64,000 bases of DNA from an uncultured bacterium (GCA_963705505.1 CAVPJU010000006.1:757073-821072), one strand, 5' to 3'. Shown: positions 49,988 through 61,078, numbered from the stretch's first letter. Numbers and translations: made by a program. Notes: generated by a model from the sequence alone, not told the origin.

Positions 49988-51325
49988 TTGTCGAAATCGA
50001 CCCGGAACAACAAATCAGGAAGGCCTAAAAGAAAGTACGGCGGGAGGAATAAAAGGGACGGGAGGGTATTAGCCCTTACTCTCACCTTCTTTGTCGTACT
50101 TGTTCTGGGTCTCTACGCTCTCTATCGGTTAAAGAACAATATCTCCCCCGACAAACCTTCTCCGGCAGTTACGACTCAAGAAATGAGCGGGCTCGTAAAA
50201 GAGGCGGACCGCATTATCGCGGGCGCCTTCTTCGATCTGGGTATCTCAATCAAGGATATAGAGTCGAAAAAGGTATATAAAAAAGAGGATGGCGGTGTCA
50301 GGTGGGAATACAAGGATATAAGGGTGCACGCGCCCGAGGGAGTGGGCGGTAAAGACATAAAAGATGTCTTTACGAAATCTTTTTCGGGCAAAAGCCCATT
50401 TAAGCGGGAGTTCATGGGCTCGGGTGATTCGCTAACGGCGGAATTGAAAGCGAACGGATATAAAACTCACAGTATAAAGTTTGAGCTGCGATCCCGCGGT
50501 ACGCCCCCGGACAAGATAGCAAAGGCGGAAAAAGAGGCCGGGGTAAAAAAAGAGCCTCGACAGGCTCAGGAATCTATCGCAGAGCCTGAGACCGATAATG
50601 GCAAGGAGAAACCCAATCACGGGGCCTTTAAACCGCGGGTGGCGATAATAGTGGATGATATAGGCATGAGCAAAGGGCCCATCGATAATCTCCTCGAGCT
50701 CCCCGCTCCGGTCACATTCTCGGTCCTGCCCAATCTCCCATATTCGAAATACGCGGCCGAAATGGCCCGGAATAAGGGCTGGGAAGTTATGCTCCACCTG
50801 CCTATGGAGCCCAGGGAATCGTCGGGATATACGGCCGCCGATGCCGGAGAGGACGCACTCCTTGTGGGACTTTCCAAGGAAGCCGTCCTGGCAAAACTCG
50901 ATAAAAACATTTCCTCCGTCCCCTACATTAAAGGTGTGAATAACCACATGGGATCGAAATTCATGGAGAACGAAGAACTCATGGAGGTGGTTCTTGAAGA
51001 AATCAAGAGGAGGGGTCTCTTCTTTATAGACAGCCTGACTTCATCCGGCAGCGTGGGGTATAAAACGGCTTTGAATTTAGGTATGAAAACCGGGAAAAGA
51101 GATGTATTCTTGGATAATTCCTCAAAAGAGGCCGCTTATGTGAAATCCCAGATGGAGAAACTCGTTGAACTGTCCGAGAAAAACGGTTATGCAATAGGCA
51201 TCTGTCACCCGTACCCAGGCACAGTACAGGCCCTCGCCGAGACTATACCGCTCATCGGCAGCCGCGTGGATCTGGTGCCGGTTTCAAGCGTTCTGACTCA
51301 GGGCAGGGAGCTAAGCGAGAGGTGA
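49988..51325 (+). CDS. Divergent polysaccharide deacetylase family protein
   Basis: IIVDDIG, LHLPMEP, NNHMGS, DSLT, RDVFLD, GICHP; N-terminal TM; usual neighbour of ctpA. Confidence 0.9.
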   Translation: MSKSTRNNKSGRPKRKYGGRNKRDGRVLALTLTFFVVLVLGLYALYRLKNNISPDKPSPAVTTQEMSGLVKEADRIIAGAFFDLGISIKDIESKKVYKKEDGGVRWEYKDIRVHAPEGVGGKDIKDVFTKSFSGKSPFKREFMGSGDSLTAELKANGYKTHSIKFELRSRGTPPDKIAKAEKEAGVKKEPRQAQESIAEPETDNGKEKPNHGAFKPRVAIIVDDIGMSKGPIDNLLELPAPVTFSVLPNLPYSKYAAEMARNKGWEVMLHLPMEPRESSGYTAADAGEDALLVGLSKEAVLAKLDKNISSVPYIKGVNNHMGSKFMENEELMEVVLEEIKRRGLFFIDSLTSSGSVGYKTALNLGMKTGKRDVFLDNSSKEAAYVKSQMEKLVELSEKNGYAIGICHPYPGTVQALAETIPLIGSRVDLVPVSSVLTQGRELSER

Positions 51326-51368
51326 TGGTTCAAAATCGTGTTATCATTTATTCCGGAGGGAATATCGG

Positions 51369-51551
51369 ATGGGACTCATAGATGATGTAAGGAAAAGGCG
51401 GGATTCGTGGATAAAGAGGTTCGAAGAGCATCGTCAGGAAGATGAACACGCACATGAAAGCCTAGACCCGGAGGAAGAGGAAAAGAGGATCAGGGAAAAC
51501 CTCAAGAAAGTGGGTGTATTTACAATCAAAGGGGAGAAAAGTAAAAGGTGA
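51369..51551 (+). CDS. Small charged hypothetical protein
   Basis: GGAGGG RBS; 60 aa. Confidence 0.6.
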   Translation: MGLIDDVRKRRDSWIKRFEEHRQEDEHAHESLDPEEEEKRIRENLKKVGVFTIKGEKSKR

Positions 51552-51646
51552 CAGAATTGCAATATCCCGTGTACTTGACAATTTATTGCTAATCCTTTAA
51601 TTTTCTCTCTTTAGAGCAATTATTATGAGCCGGGAGGAGTTTATTA

Positions 51647-51838
51647 ATGCCAGGAATTGTGGTCGGAAATAACGAGAGCATAGACAGCGCGCTTAAACGA
51701 TTCAAAAAGCAGGTCGAGAAGGGGGGTGTATTGTCCGAAGTAAGGAGGAGGGAATACTACGAAAAACCGAGCGAGAGGAAGAAGAAAAAACTGTTTGCTG
51801 CAAAAAAGCGCGTAATAAAACGTACTAGAAAAAACTAG
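51647..51838 (+). CDS. rpsU: 30S ribosomal protein S21
   Basis: [23 protein letters not shown]; upstream of dnaG. Confidence 0.95.
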   Translation: MPGIVVGNNESIDSALKRFKKQVEKGGVLSEVRRREYYEKPSERKKKKLFAAKKRVIKRTRKN

Positions 51839-51965
51839 CTTATTATAGACATACATTAAACCGGTAGGGGGGACACTACTTTGTATTCTATATTCCGTGA
51901 GTTCAGGGCCGGGGCCCTTTCCTTTGAGAATCCGAGTTTCACTTTAAAATTTGAATTAATTATAG

Positions 51966-53705
51966 ATGGTAAATTTTAACAATGATTTCCTCGTTAAAGA
52001 AATAAAGAGGAGGTTGAGCATTATTAACCTCATTGAGGGTTACACATCTATTAAAAAAACGGGAAAGGGTTATGTAGGGCTTTGTCCGTTTCATGATGAC
52101 CATAACCCGTCGATGTACGTTGATGAGGAAAAGGGTCTCTTTCATTGTTTCAGCTGCGGGGCCGGCGGCGACATATTGGGTTTCTACATGAGGTATAACA
52201 GCCTTTCCTTTCCGGAGGCGGTTTCAGACCTCGCGAAACGCGCAAATATTACAATCGAAAAAACCGCTCCCCCCGTAAAAGGCAATTCCCAGACCGGCAC
52301 TCTGCTTAAAATCACTTCCGCGGCATCCGGATTTTATCACAGGGCTTTACTTGAGAGCCGTAAGGGTAAATCAGCAAGGGACTATCTCGAAAAAAGAAAT
52401 ATATCTTCCCAGGTCATAGAGGAATTCAAGCTCGGCTACGCCCCTGAGGGCTGGGACGGACTTGTAAAGTTTTTAACGAAGCATAAAATCCCCCTTCATC
52501 TCGCGGAGAAAACCGGTCTTGTCGTTAAGAAGCAGAGCGGCGACGGTTACTACGACAGGTTCCGGGACAGAATAATTTTCCCGATAAGCAATGTGGACGG
52601 GAAGGTCATAGGCTTCGGGGGCAGGATTATCAAGGACGGCGACGAGCCTAAATATATTAATTCACCCGAGTCCGAAATCTATCATAAGAGACGAAATTTC
52701 TATGGGCTCGACAGGTCCAAAGAGCACATCAGAAAGAATAAGAGGGCAATCCTTGTAGAGGGCTATACGGACTTCCTGTCTCTATACTCCGCGGGTATTA
52801 AAAACGTAGTCGCGACCTTGGGGACGTCTCTGACGAGGGACCATGTGGTCACCCTGAGGCGCTATACTGACAGAATAGTAGTCGTCTTTGACGGCGACGA
52901 ATCGGGAATAAAAGCGGCCGTCAGGTCGCTCGATATATTTCTTGAGGAAGGGCTCCTCCCAAATGTGGTCCTTCTTCCGGAGGGTAATGATCCGGACTCG
53001 TTCCTTGCGAAAGGCGGGAAAGAGGAGTTTTATAAATTGATAGACGAATCGCCGACATTGCTCGATTTTTACATCGAAAACACGGTGCGGGAGTATAGGA
53101 GCGGGGAGCTCACGTTAAACAGCAGCGTGAAAGAGATCGCCGATGTGCTGATTAAGGTTAATGACCCGATACTGAGAAGCAGCTATATAAGAAAGACCGC
53201 CGAGAAGCTCGGCCTCAGGGAAAACGAGGTGCTTTCACTCGTCAGGCAGGGAAAGGGGCAGGGCAGGATAACGGGCGCTAAAGCTGTTAAATCGCACAGC
53301 AACCATGAAAAATTGCTGCTTATAATTCTTCTTAAATTCCCGGAACTCGCTCAGGTGATCGCGAAAGAGGACTGGGCCGGGTTTATTTCAAATGCGGAGA
53401 TCATGTCCATATTGGACGAAATTGTTGTTAACGGCGTACACGATGTGTCCTCCCTTCTCCTTATGTTTCAGGGCAATGCGGCGCAGGGACTTATTTCGGA
53501 AGCGCTCATGTCATCTCCGGGTATAAACGATAAAGAGACCGCAGCCAAAATGATCGAGAGCTGTCTCGGCAAATTAAAACTCGTTAAGCTCGACGAAAGG
53601 TTAAAAACACTCAGGCTCGGAATAGACGACGCTGTCAAAAATAAGGACGCGGGACTTGAGAAGCGGCTCCTGACTGAATACAGAGATTTAATGAAACAAA
53701 AATAA
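51966..53705 (+). CDS. dnaG: DNA primase
   Basis: CPFH..CFSC zinc finger, [30 protein letters not shown]. Confidence 0.97.
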   Translation: MVNFNNDFLVKEIKRRLSIINLIEGYTSIKKTGKGYVGLCPFHDDHNPSMYVDEEKGLFHCFSCGAGGDILGFYMRYNSLSFPEAVSDLAKRANITIEKTAPPVKGNSQTGTLLKITSAASGFYHRALLESRKGKSARDYLEKRNISSQVIEEFKLGYAPEGWDGLVKFLTKHKIPLHLAEKTGLVVKKQSGDGYYDRFRDRIIFPISNVDGKVIGFGGRIIKDGDEPKYINSPESEIYHKRRNFYGLDRSKEHIRKNKRAILVEGYTDFLSLYSAGIKNVVATLGTSLTRDHVVTLRRYTDRIVVVFDGDESGIKAAVRSLDIFLEEGLLPNVVLLPEGNDPDSFLAKGGKEEFYKLIDESPTLLDFYIENTVREYRSGELTLNSSVKEIADVLIKVNDPILRSSYIRKTAEKLGLRENEVLSLVRQGKGQGRITGAKAVKSHSNHEKLLLIILLKFPELAQVIAKEDWAGFISNAEIMSILDEIVVNGVHDVSSLLLMFQGNAAQGLISEALMSSPGINDKETAAKMIESCLGKLKLVKLDERLKTLRLGIDDAVKNKDAGLEKRLLTEYRDLMKQK

Positions 53706-53725
53706 CCGGAAGAGGGGAGAGCCTT

Positions 53726-55318
53726 ATGAGGAACAAGAAAAAAGAAGGTTTTCATATAAAGATGGTGAGCGACGACAGGCTTTCCGATCCGGTTATAGAA
53801 TCGGTGAGTGACGATAATTTGAACGATGACGGCGTCTTCGTCGACGAGCAGGACGACGCTGAGTTTGCCGACGAAGAGGAGGTGCAGGAAAGCGTAGTTA
53901 AATACGGTTTCAGCCTGGGAGATGCGAGAGACAATGCCAACGAATACGATTTGATCAGATTTTATCTTCACGAAATAGCCGATCATTCGCTGCTCACGAG
54001 AGAGCAGGAAATAAGAATAGCGAAAGAGATCGAGACGGGCAAAAGGATCGTAGCCAAGGCCATCCTCGGGTCTTCCTTAATGTTAAAAGAGATAATAAGA
54101 CTGGGCGAAGAGCTTCAGAAGGGGAGCCTGAACATAAGGGACATTACGAACTCGATCGATGATGCCGACAACGCCGTCGAGGAAGAGGTCCAGCTGGGTA
54201 TAAGAAATTCTTTAATCGCTATAAATAAGCTGTATGAGGAAAACGGGCAGTCGAAGAAGGAGCTGGGCTCTGCCTCTCTCAAGAAAAAGAAAATCCTCCT
54301 TGAGAAAATGAAAAGGAACAACAACAAGATGCTGGGTTACCTGGAGGATATAAATCTCAACGGGACTCAGATGGACAGGATTCTCTCCGTTGCCAGGAGC
54401 TATATCGACAGACTGGAAAAACTGAGGCACGAGTTCGATGCTTTACGCAAAAAGAAAAAATCTTCATTAACAAAAGCAAAAAAGGCTTTGAAAGGTACCA
54501 TGGCGGAGTTTTTTGACGAGCCGGAAACGGACACGGGAGTGCTTAAGAAATCGCTCAGGAGGATTGAATTCGGAGAGCAGATGACGCACAGGGCAAGAAG
54601 GAAGCTGATAGAGTCCAATCTGCGTCTGGTGGTAAGCATTGCCAGGCGCTATATCAATCGCGGTCTTCCTTTCCTCGACCTCATACAGGAGGGTAATATG
54701 GGGCTCATGAGGGCGGTCGAGAAATTCGAATATAACAGGGGATACAAATTTTCCACGTACGCGACCTGGTGGATAAGGCAGGCGATTACGAGAGCCCTCG
54801 CCGACCAGTCAAGAATTATCAGGATACCGGTCCATATGACTGAAACTATCAACCGGATTGTCAGGACCTCGAGGCTCCTCGTACAGGAGCTGGGGCGTGA
54901 GCCGATGCCTGAAGAGATTGCGGAGAAGGTGGGCATGCAGTCTGACAAGGTCGCGCGGGTGCTCAAGATTTCCAAAGACCCGATTTCGCTCGAGACGCCT
55001 ATAGGGGACGAGGAAGACAGTAAGCTCGTGGATCTTATCGAGGATGCGAATACGACATCGCCCGTTAAGGTCCTCGAAATGAGCGAGCTCAAGGAGATTA
55101 TAAACAATGCCCTTTCTTCCGTGCTCAATACCAGGGAGGAAAGTATAGTACGGCTCCGTTTCGGTATCGACGATGAAAAAGAGCACACGCTTGAAGAGGT
55201 CGGACACGAATTCAAAGTAACGCGCGAGAGGATAAGGCAGATCGAAGTGAAGGCGATAAAGAAGCTGAAAAGGGCAGGAAGGGTCTACCCCATTAAAAGC
55301 TATCTGGAAAAGGCATAG
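53726..55318 (+). CDS. rpoD: RNA polymerase sigma-70 factor
   Basis: [45 protein letters not shown]; rpsU-dnaG-rpoD order. Confidence 0.92.
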   Translation: MRNKKKEGFHIKMVSDDRLSDPVIESVSDDNLNDDGVFVDEQDDAEFADEEEVQESVVKYGFSLGDARDNANEYDLIRFYLHEIADHSLLTREQEIRIAKEIETGKRIVAKAILGSSLMLKEIIRLGEELQKGSLNIRDITNSIDDADNAVEEEVQLGIRNSLIAINKLYEENGQSKKELGSASLKKKKILLEKMKRNNNKMLGYLEDINLNGTQMDRILSVARSYIDRLEKLRHEFDALRKKKKSSLTKAKKALKGTMAEFFDEPETDTGVLKKSLRRIEFGEQMTHRARRKLIESNLRLVVSIARRYINRGLPFLDLIQEGNMGLMRAVEKFEYNRGYKFSTYATWWIRQAITRALADQSRIIRIPVHMTETINRIVRTSRLLVQELGREPMPEEIAEKVGMQSDKVARVLKISKDPISLETPIGDEEDSKLVDLIEDANTTSPVKVLEMSELKEIINNALSSVLNTREESIVRLRFGIDDEKEHTLEEVGHEFKVTRERIRQIEVKAIKKLKRAGRVYPIKSYLEKA

Positions 55319-55376
55319 CCTAAGCCCGGGACATCTTTATTAAGATCTGTTGCTATCACGACCGGATTTCATCTTA

Positions 55377-56234
55377 TTATTTTCTCATCAATTCTTTTGC
55401 TTCCTCAAAATATTGAAGGGCCGATTCCGTAGTTCTCAAGCGGAGCATCTGTTTTATCTCCGAGACAGTGGCGCCTTCTTCTATCGCAAGCATTGCCGCT
55501 GTGTGCCTGAGACTCGAGGGGCTTATCCCCTTCTTTTTGATTCCCGAGAGCTCGAAATAGTGGTTTATCCTCGCTCTCACGCCGCGTGTGGTGATTCTCT
55601 CTTTCACCGCCCTGTTGCCGACCCCCCAGAAGAGCGGTTCCTCGGGGCCCGACGCTCCTCTTTCCTCAATATACCTCCTGAGCGATTCTTCGACCGGGGG
55701 GCTGAGCGTGACGTACTCGTCTTTCGTGTCCTTACTCTTGCCCTGAACGTAGATCACACTGTGCCCCGCTCTTGATTTCAAATCACGGAGGTCAGACCTT
55801 ACGATCTCTATCTCGCTTAACCCCGCTCTCACCATCAGATTAAGAATTGCCTCGTCCCTCAGCCCCAATGGGGTTGACTGATCGATTGCCTTAAACAGTT
55901 TCGCAACGTCTCTCCGTGAAACGGGATCAGTCAGGTGCCTTCGCGGGCGCGGGGCGCCTTTGACCTTCCGTGCCGGGTTTTCCGTTATTTTGCCTGCGGA
56001 GACGAGGTAATCGTAGAACCTCCTCACCGCAGTGAGGTATGCGGACATAGATGTAGGCGATAGTCTTTTTGAAATAATGTAATCTTTATAGCGCTGTATA
56101 TCGTTTGAAGTCAATACCGACGGGTCTGTTTGTCCGAGCCACTTCGCATATTCCCGGAGAGCCTTTCTGTAAGTCTCCTTCGTCGTATCCCTCCTCCGGA
56201 GGGAATCAATAAACCCGTTTATTAGCCTGTCCAT
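55377..56234 (-). CDS. Tyrosine recombinase-like protein (XerC/D fold) with degenerate catalytic residues
   Basis: Core-binding domain (YLTAVRRFYDYL, NPA), RDEAIL, GK, LRHT, C-terminal Tyr. Confidence 0.85.
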   Translation of the reverse strand: MDRLINGFIDSLRRRDTTKETYRKALREYAKWLGQTDPSVLTSNDIQRYKDYIISKRLSPTSMSAYLTAVRRFYDYLVSAGKITENPARKVKGAPRPRRHLTDPVSRRDVAKLFKAIDQSTPLGLRDEAILNLMVRAGLSEIEIVRSDLRDLKSRAGHSVIYVQGKSKDTKDEYVTLSPPVEESLRRYIEERGASGPEEPLFWGVGNRAVKERITTRGVRARINHYFELSGIKKKGISPSSLRHTAAMLAIEEGATVSEIKQMLRLRTTESALQYFEEAKELMRK

Positions 56235-56280
56235 TAACGAGAATTAAAGCATTTTTATCGTTTATATTCAACTTAAGCTC

Positions 56281-56308
56281 TTGACATGCCGGATATCCCA
56301 TGTAATTT
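56281..56308 (+). promoter_or_regulatory. Sigma-70 promoter of the 5S rRNA gene
   Basis: TTGACA at 56281, with a TAATTT -10 at 56303. Confidence 0.6.
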
Positions 56309-56319
56309 ATATCGCAGAA

Positions 56320-56438
56320 TCCAGGTGGTAATACTGAAGAGGTCACACCCGGTCCCATTCCGAACCCGGAAGTTAAGCTCTTCAAGGCCGATGATACTGC
56401 TCCTGTACGGGAGTGGGAAAGTAGGAAGCTGCCTCGGT
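56320..56438 (+). rRNA. rrf: 5S ribosomal RNA, stand-alone
   Basis: CACACCCGGTCCCATTCCGAACCCGGAAGTTAAG, GCCGATGATACT, GGGAAAGTAGG; terminal helix followed by a T-run. Confidence 0.96.
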
Positions 56439-56614
56439 TCTTTTTTTTTGCCCTTTTGAGTATTTATCCGCCGATTCTTGAAACAGTTCCGGAAAGTTAT
56501 CACTCCGAGTGCCGGTTTAAATGAGATGCCGAATACTCTTTTGATCCCGGCTGTGATTGTTTTATTTAAGCCGCTTATGTAGTATTTTTGTGATTTCCAG
56601 CCGAGGGTAAATGT

Positions 56615-57217
56615 GTGAAGAAAACAAGGCTTGCCGTATTTGTCTCGGGCAGCGGCACTAATCTCCAGGCGATAATAGATGCCTGCATCCCGTCCGTTGA
56701 AATTGTACTCGTACTCAGCAACAATCCCGAAGCCTATGCCCTTGAGCGGGCGAAGAAGCACGGTATCCCGGTCGAAGTAGCCGACCACAGGCGGTATCCG
56801 GACAGGGAAGAGTATGATAAGCACTTGCTCAAAGTGCTCGAATCCTATCGTGTGGATCTGATCGCCCTTGCGGGGTTTATGAGGATACTGTCCCCGTTTT
56901 TCGTGAAGGCTTATAAGAACAGGATTATCAATATACATCCGGCCCTTCTCCCGTCATTCCCCGGCATCCATTCAGCTAAGCAGGCGCTCGAGAGCGGTGT
57001 GAAATATACCGGTTGTACTGTTCATTTCGTGGATGAGGGAGTCGATACGGGTCCAATCATCTTGCAGGCCGCGGTGCCGGTCTACGATGATGACGATGAG
57101 GCGAGTCTTTTGGAGAGAATTCACAAAGAGGAGCACAGGATTTATCCCGAGGCTATAAACCTGATAGCCTGCGGGGAATTCACGATTGAGGGTAAAAGAG
57201 TCCTCAGAAACTCTTAG
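56615..57217 (+). CDS. purN: Phosphoribosylglycinamide formyltransferase
   Basis: SGSGTNLQA, LAGFMRIL, NIHPALLP, VHFVDEGVDTGPII. Confidence 0.96.
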   Translation: MKKTRLAVFVSGSGTNLQAIIDACIPSVEIVLVLSNNPEAYALERAKKHGIPVEVADHRRYPDREEYDKHLLKVLESYRVDLIALAGFMRILSPFFVKAYKNRIINIHPALLPSFPGIHSAKQALESGVKYTGCTVHFVDEGVDTGPIILQAAVPVYDDDDEASLLERIHKEEHRIYPEAINLIACGEFTIEGKRVLRNS

Positions 57218-57226
57218 CCCGGCTCG

Positions 57227-58246
57227 TTAAATTTCCCTGCCCACGGCGCGCGCCACGGCAGCGGCTTTTTCCATCAGAATCGAAAACTTTTTCGGCTTGA
57301 GCGATTGCCCTCCGTCGCTGATTGCGACAGCAGGATTGTTGTGTACCTCTACAATCAGCCCGTCGGCCCCGGCAGCGATAGCCGCAAGCGCCATCGGCGT
57401 GACGTATTGCCAGTAACCGGTTCCGTGGCTGGGGTCGGCGAATACCGGAAGGTGAGTCTTTTCCTTTAGCACAGGTATCGCGTTCAGATCGAAAGTGTTT
57501 CTGGTTGCGGTCTCGAATGTCCTGATTCCCCTCTCACATAGAATGACCTTTTCATTGCCTTCCGAGAGAATATATTCGGCACACATCAGGAATTCCATAA
57601 TCGTCGTTGCCATTCCCCTTTTTAGAAGCACCGGTTTTTTTGATTTCCCGACCTGCTTTAAAAGGGCGTAGTTCTGGGAGTTCCTTGCACCTATCTGAAG
57701 GACATCGGCATATTCGACAACCGCGTCCAGATCATGCGGGTCGAGAATCTCGGTAACTATTGGAAGTCCCGTGAGCTCTTTTGCCTTCGCCAGTAGCTTA
57801 AGCCCTTCAATGCCCATTCCCTGAAACGCATATGGTGAGGTTCTCGGTTTATACGCGCCGCCCCTCAACATACTGGCCCCAGACTCTTTTACGGCTCGTG
57901 CGATTTCCAGTATCTGCTCTTCACTCTCTACGGAGCACGGTCCGGCAATCACGGGAATTTTTTTGTTTCCGACTACTGTATCTCCGATTGTAAAATGTGT
58001 ATTTTCCGGCTTGAAATCGCGGCTCGCGAGCTTATAGGGCTGTAGTATGGGAACGACTTTCTCAACCCCTTCAAGAACACTCAGTGTTTCTACATCCTGG
58101 GGTTTACCTCTCTCGTCTCCTACAGCTCCTATGACGGTCCTTAAAACCCCTTCTATCAGGTGCGCCTTATATCCGAGCTCGTCCAGTGTGGATACCGCCC
58201 TTTGAATCTGCTCCTTTGAAGCGCCGCTTTTCATTACTACTATCAT
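57227..58246 (-). CDS. aroF: 3-deoxy-7-phosphoheptulonate synthase (type I-beta with N-terminal ACT-like domain)
   Basis: [43 protein letters not shown]. Confidence 0.95.
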   Translation of the reverse strand: MIVVMKSGASKEQIQRAVSTLDELGYKAHLIEGVLRTVIGAVGDERGKPQDVETLSVLEGVEKVVPILQPYKLASRDFKPENTHFTIGDTVVGNKKIPVIAGPCSVESEEQILEIARAVKESGASMLRGGAYKPRTSPYAFQGMGIEGLKLLAKAKELTGLPIVTEILDPHDLDAVVEYADVLQIGARNSQNYALLKQVGKSKKPVLLKRGMATTIMEFLMCAEYILSEGNEKVILCERGIRTFETATRNTFDLNAIPVLKEKTHLPVFADPSHGTGYWQYVTPMALAAIAAGADGLIVEVHNNPAVAISDGGQSLKPKKFSILMEKAAAVARAVGREI

Positions 58247-58459
58247 TGTGGAATTCTCCTCCGCTTATTGAAAAACAGGATAAAATTAAATAAAAACGTT
58301 ATGTTACATGAAGAGCAAATGATGTCAACTAATGTCAACTATAGGAAGACTTGGTGAATTATGATTCTTGTTTGCTAAATTTCAACCCCGGCCCTCTATT
58401 TCTGAAATTACTATTGATTCTTTATATATTGCAGAGAATAATAATGTTCCTACTCAAAA

Positions 58460-58543
58460 GGGCAGGTGGCGAAACCGGCAGACGCGACGGCCTCAAAAGT
58501 CGTTGGGCTCGCGCCCATGAGGGTTCGACTCCCTCCCTGCCCA
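58460..58543 (+). tRNA. tRNA-Leu (CAA), CCA not encoded
   Basis: Acceptor stem GGGCAGG/CCTGCCC, anticodon arm ACGGC-CTCAAAA-GTCGT, long variable arm, GGTTCGACTCC. Confidence 0.93.
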
Positions 58544-58546
58544 TTC

Positions 58547-58816
58547 ATGCGGATGAAGTTAGAGTCTTTACTTATCGTGGTAAACCCTTAAAAGATGTTC
58601 GTACTGCATTCGAGAATGCTTGTAATCGAGCAGGCATTAAAAATCTTCGATTTCACGACCTTAGACATACATTCGCCACGAGGTTGGTTCTCTCCGGTGT
58701 AGACCTGGCGACGGTTTCCAAGCTTCTTGGGACACTCTTCTATACAAATGACTATGAGATACTCACACCCTACACCGGAAGCCTTAAGGAACGCTGTATC
58801 TAAGCTGGATAAGTGA
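58547..58816 (+). pseudogene. Phage-type tyrosine integrase, C-terminal remnant
   Basis: ..AGIKNLRFHDLRHTFATRL..LLG/HSSIQMTMRYSH..; N-terminal part absent; +1 frameshift near 58730. Confidence 0.9.
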
Positions 58817-58961
58817 AAAAGTGTTAGCAATTCTGTTAGCACTTTTCCGACTTGAATAGGAATCTGGGGTATTTGCTTAAAAGTTCGCTTCATTCTGTGA
58901 AATCAGTTATAAGAAATTTGGTTTACATAATCCAGAATAACGAATATTGACAGGTCATTTA

Positions 58962-59687
58962 ATGAATAACAAACCTCAACTTAGCCCATTAATTGAAGAT
59001 TATGAGGAATGCGTTGCCCGCTATGATCAAATTGTCTCTTTAATAAAGAATCCAGATCTGCTAATCAGGGTAATAAATGAGAATCCTACCTTAATATTTT
59101 CAGATAAGGTGGTAAAACATGTCATATTGGTCTTTAGAGATGTATGCAAATTGGGAAACCCTATGGAAGCTGATTCTGCTAGAGATATACTTAAAAAAGC
59201 TGGAGTACCGGCGTTTATACCTTTAGTAGCTAGTGTTCGTAGAAGTCCATCTCAATATATTAGGTGGTTCAAACAGAACCCTTTGATGTTTATTTGGACG
59301 ATTGAAGATTACAAGGGTCAAATTCGTAAATATCTTAAGCCAACGTATCGAGATACCGCTAGGAGAACTGCAACAGCGGCAAAAAATGACGATATATTGT
59401 TTGCGTTCAAAAATATTATATTGGGAGAAGAACTTGACGATAATGAAGTTAATATCTTGACAAAAGGAGAACGTTCCAAAGACTTAACTCACATTGCTCT
59501 GTCATTCTTATCTTTCAATCCTCGAGACCCATCTAAACCTATCCCATTCGAGTCATTAAAAGACTTATACTATGAGATAATCAGGAAATATACCAAAGAA
59601 CAGCTTGAAAAAATCTGGGAAGATACTCCAATTTGGGCGGCGGGTGCAGTAGGCTACTACGAATTCGTGATGATTATCAACAGCTAG
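58962..59687 (+). CDS. Hypothetical protein (island)
   Basis: Open ~240-codon frame in AT-rich DNA; no motif recognised. Confidence 0.65.
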   Translation: MNNKPQLSPLIEDYEECVARYDQIVSLIKNPDLLIRVINENPTLIFSDKVVKHVILVFRDVCKLGNPMEADSARDILKKAGVPAFIPLVASVRRSPSQYIRWFKQNPLMFIWTIEDYKGQIRKYLKPTYRDTARRTATAAKNDDILFAFKNIILGEELDDNEVNILTKGERSKDLTHIALSFLSFNPRDPSKPIPFESLKDLYYEIIRKYTKEQLEKIWEDTPIWAAGAVGYYEFVMIINS

Positions 59688-59858
59688 TTGATTTAGCCTT
59701 CCTTTACCTTCCATATATGCGTTGTGTGTGGGAACTTAAGCTCACAATCCCCACAATCGAATCCCTTAGAGTTCAAGTATTCTATTTTGAGAAGGTTGGG
59801 GAATCCAGCATTAATGGCATGTTCCGGCTTTCAAAATAATAAAATAGGAGGTTCTTAA

Positions 59859-61022
59859 ATGAACACCAGTATTAATTTGTATCTAGCATTAATAGACTTT
59901 TTTATAAAATACCTATATGCATCTGATGAAGAGATTGCATTGCTTGCACTATTTGCGGCGGCTACGCATTTCTATCAGGGTCACAACACGTTTCCAATTC
60001 TTCATATAACCGGGGATTTTGAAACAGGTAAAAATAGGAGGCTTGACCTTCTAAAATTAGTTTGTTATATGGCAGAAATTTATATTAGCACTACACCGCC
60101 GAATATATATAGATCGATAGAAAAAAAAGGTGGGACATACATGATCGATGAGGCTGATGAAATGATTAACTCACGTCAAGGTTCAGAAATCTTATTAGCA
60201 GGTTATAAGAAGGGTTCAAGCGTACCAAGGCAATCAAGGGACGACAATGATAAAGGAGGATATAGATCAAATAATTTTTCTGTATACTCACCTAAAGTCC
60301 TCGTGACAAGGAATGGAATTAAGGATGATGCACTATATTCGAGATGCATCACTATAGTAACAACTCCGAAACCTAATGATTCTAATATACCTGATGTATT
60401 ACCTAATGTAGCTTATAATGAAGGTAAGTTACTTAATGAGACATTGTCACAACTCATGAAACATAATGAGGAATTTCAGCCAGCTCTCAAGTTAAGGGGA
60501 AGAAACTTTGAGTTATTCTCGCCTTTGGACGAAGCTGCACAAATATTTGGAGATGATGCAGTTGATGACCTACAGGAATTTATTGATATTGTATATCTTC
60601 CACAGAGAAGAAATACGACAATAATGACTCCACAAGAGGATTTAGTCAATATATTAAATGACCTCTGGAATCATGGACATAAGGCTCATCTTACGGTAAT
60701 CAAAGAATTATTATTAGAGCGGAGTTCGGATTACAAATTCACCAATGAAAAGGATATAGCTACAAGATTGCGTAGCTTAAATTTCGAGGTGAAGGAACGA
60801 GATAATCAGGGATATTATGTAACATACAATCCGGGGATGATTAAGTTATGGAAAGATCGCTATCTGCCAGATATGACTACCAATGAGATTGATGAGTCCA
60901 TAAAAGGGCCAGAGAAATCATCGAACAGCGATATAGATGATATAAGTAAATCAGGTACGCCTAGAGCGAACCGAGAAAGTCTACTAGATAAAATGCAGTC
61001 ACTTCTTGATTTTATGAATTAA
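59859..61022 (+). CDS. P-loop NTPase, putative replication protein (DUF3631/helicase-like)
   Basis: PILHITGDFETGKN Walker A-like, IDEADE Walker B, AGYKKG, YSPK, SRCITI; GGAGG RBS. Confidence 0.7.
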   Translation: MNTSINLYLALIDFFIKYLYASDEEIALLALFAAATHFYQGHNTFPILHITGDFETGKNRRLDLLKLVCYMAEIYISTTPPNIYRSIEKKGGTYMIDEADEMINSRQGSEILLAGYKKGSSVPRQSRDDNDKGGYRSNNFSVYSPKVLVTRNGIKDDALYSRCITIVTTPKPNDSNIPDVLPNVAYNEGKLLNETLSQLMKHNEEFQPALKLRGRNFELFSPLDEAAQIFGDDAVDDLQEFIDIVYLPQRRNTTIMTPQEDLVNILNDLWNHGHKAHLTVIKELLLERSSDYKFTNEKDIATRLRSLNFEVKERDNQGYYVTYNPGMIKLWKDRYLPDMTTNEIDESIKGPEKSSNSDIDDISKSGTPRANRESLLDKMQSLLDFMN

Positions 61023-61036
61023 AGGGAGTTGTATAT

Positions 61037-61078
61037 GGTTAGCATGTAGGAACTCAGTTCTTATGTGCTAACTTCCCT
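61037..61078. repeat. Hairpin repeat, copy A
   Basis: GGTTAGCATGTAGGAACTCAGTTCTTATGTGCTAACTTCCCT; 34/42 identical to 61361-61402. Confidence 0.75.

Noticed and set aside
56273..56938. 221-aa minus-strand ORF
   Set aside because: Antisense shadow of the 5S rRNA and purN
58351..58803. 150-aa ORF as a complete integrase
   Set aside because: It reads through the tRNA-Leu gene; only the part after 58547 is integrase-like
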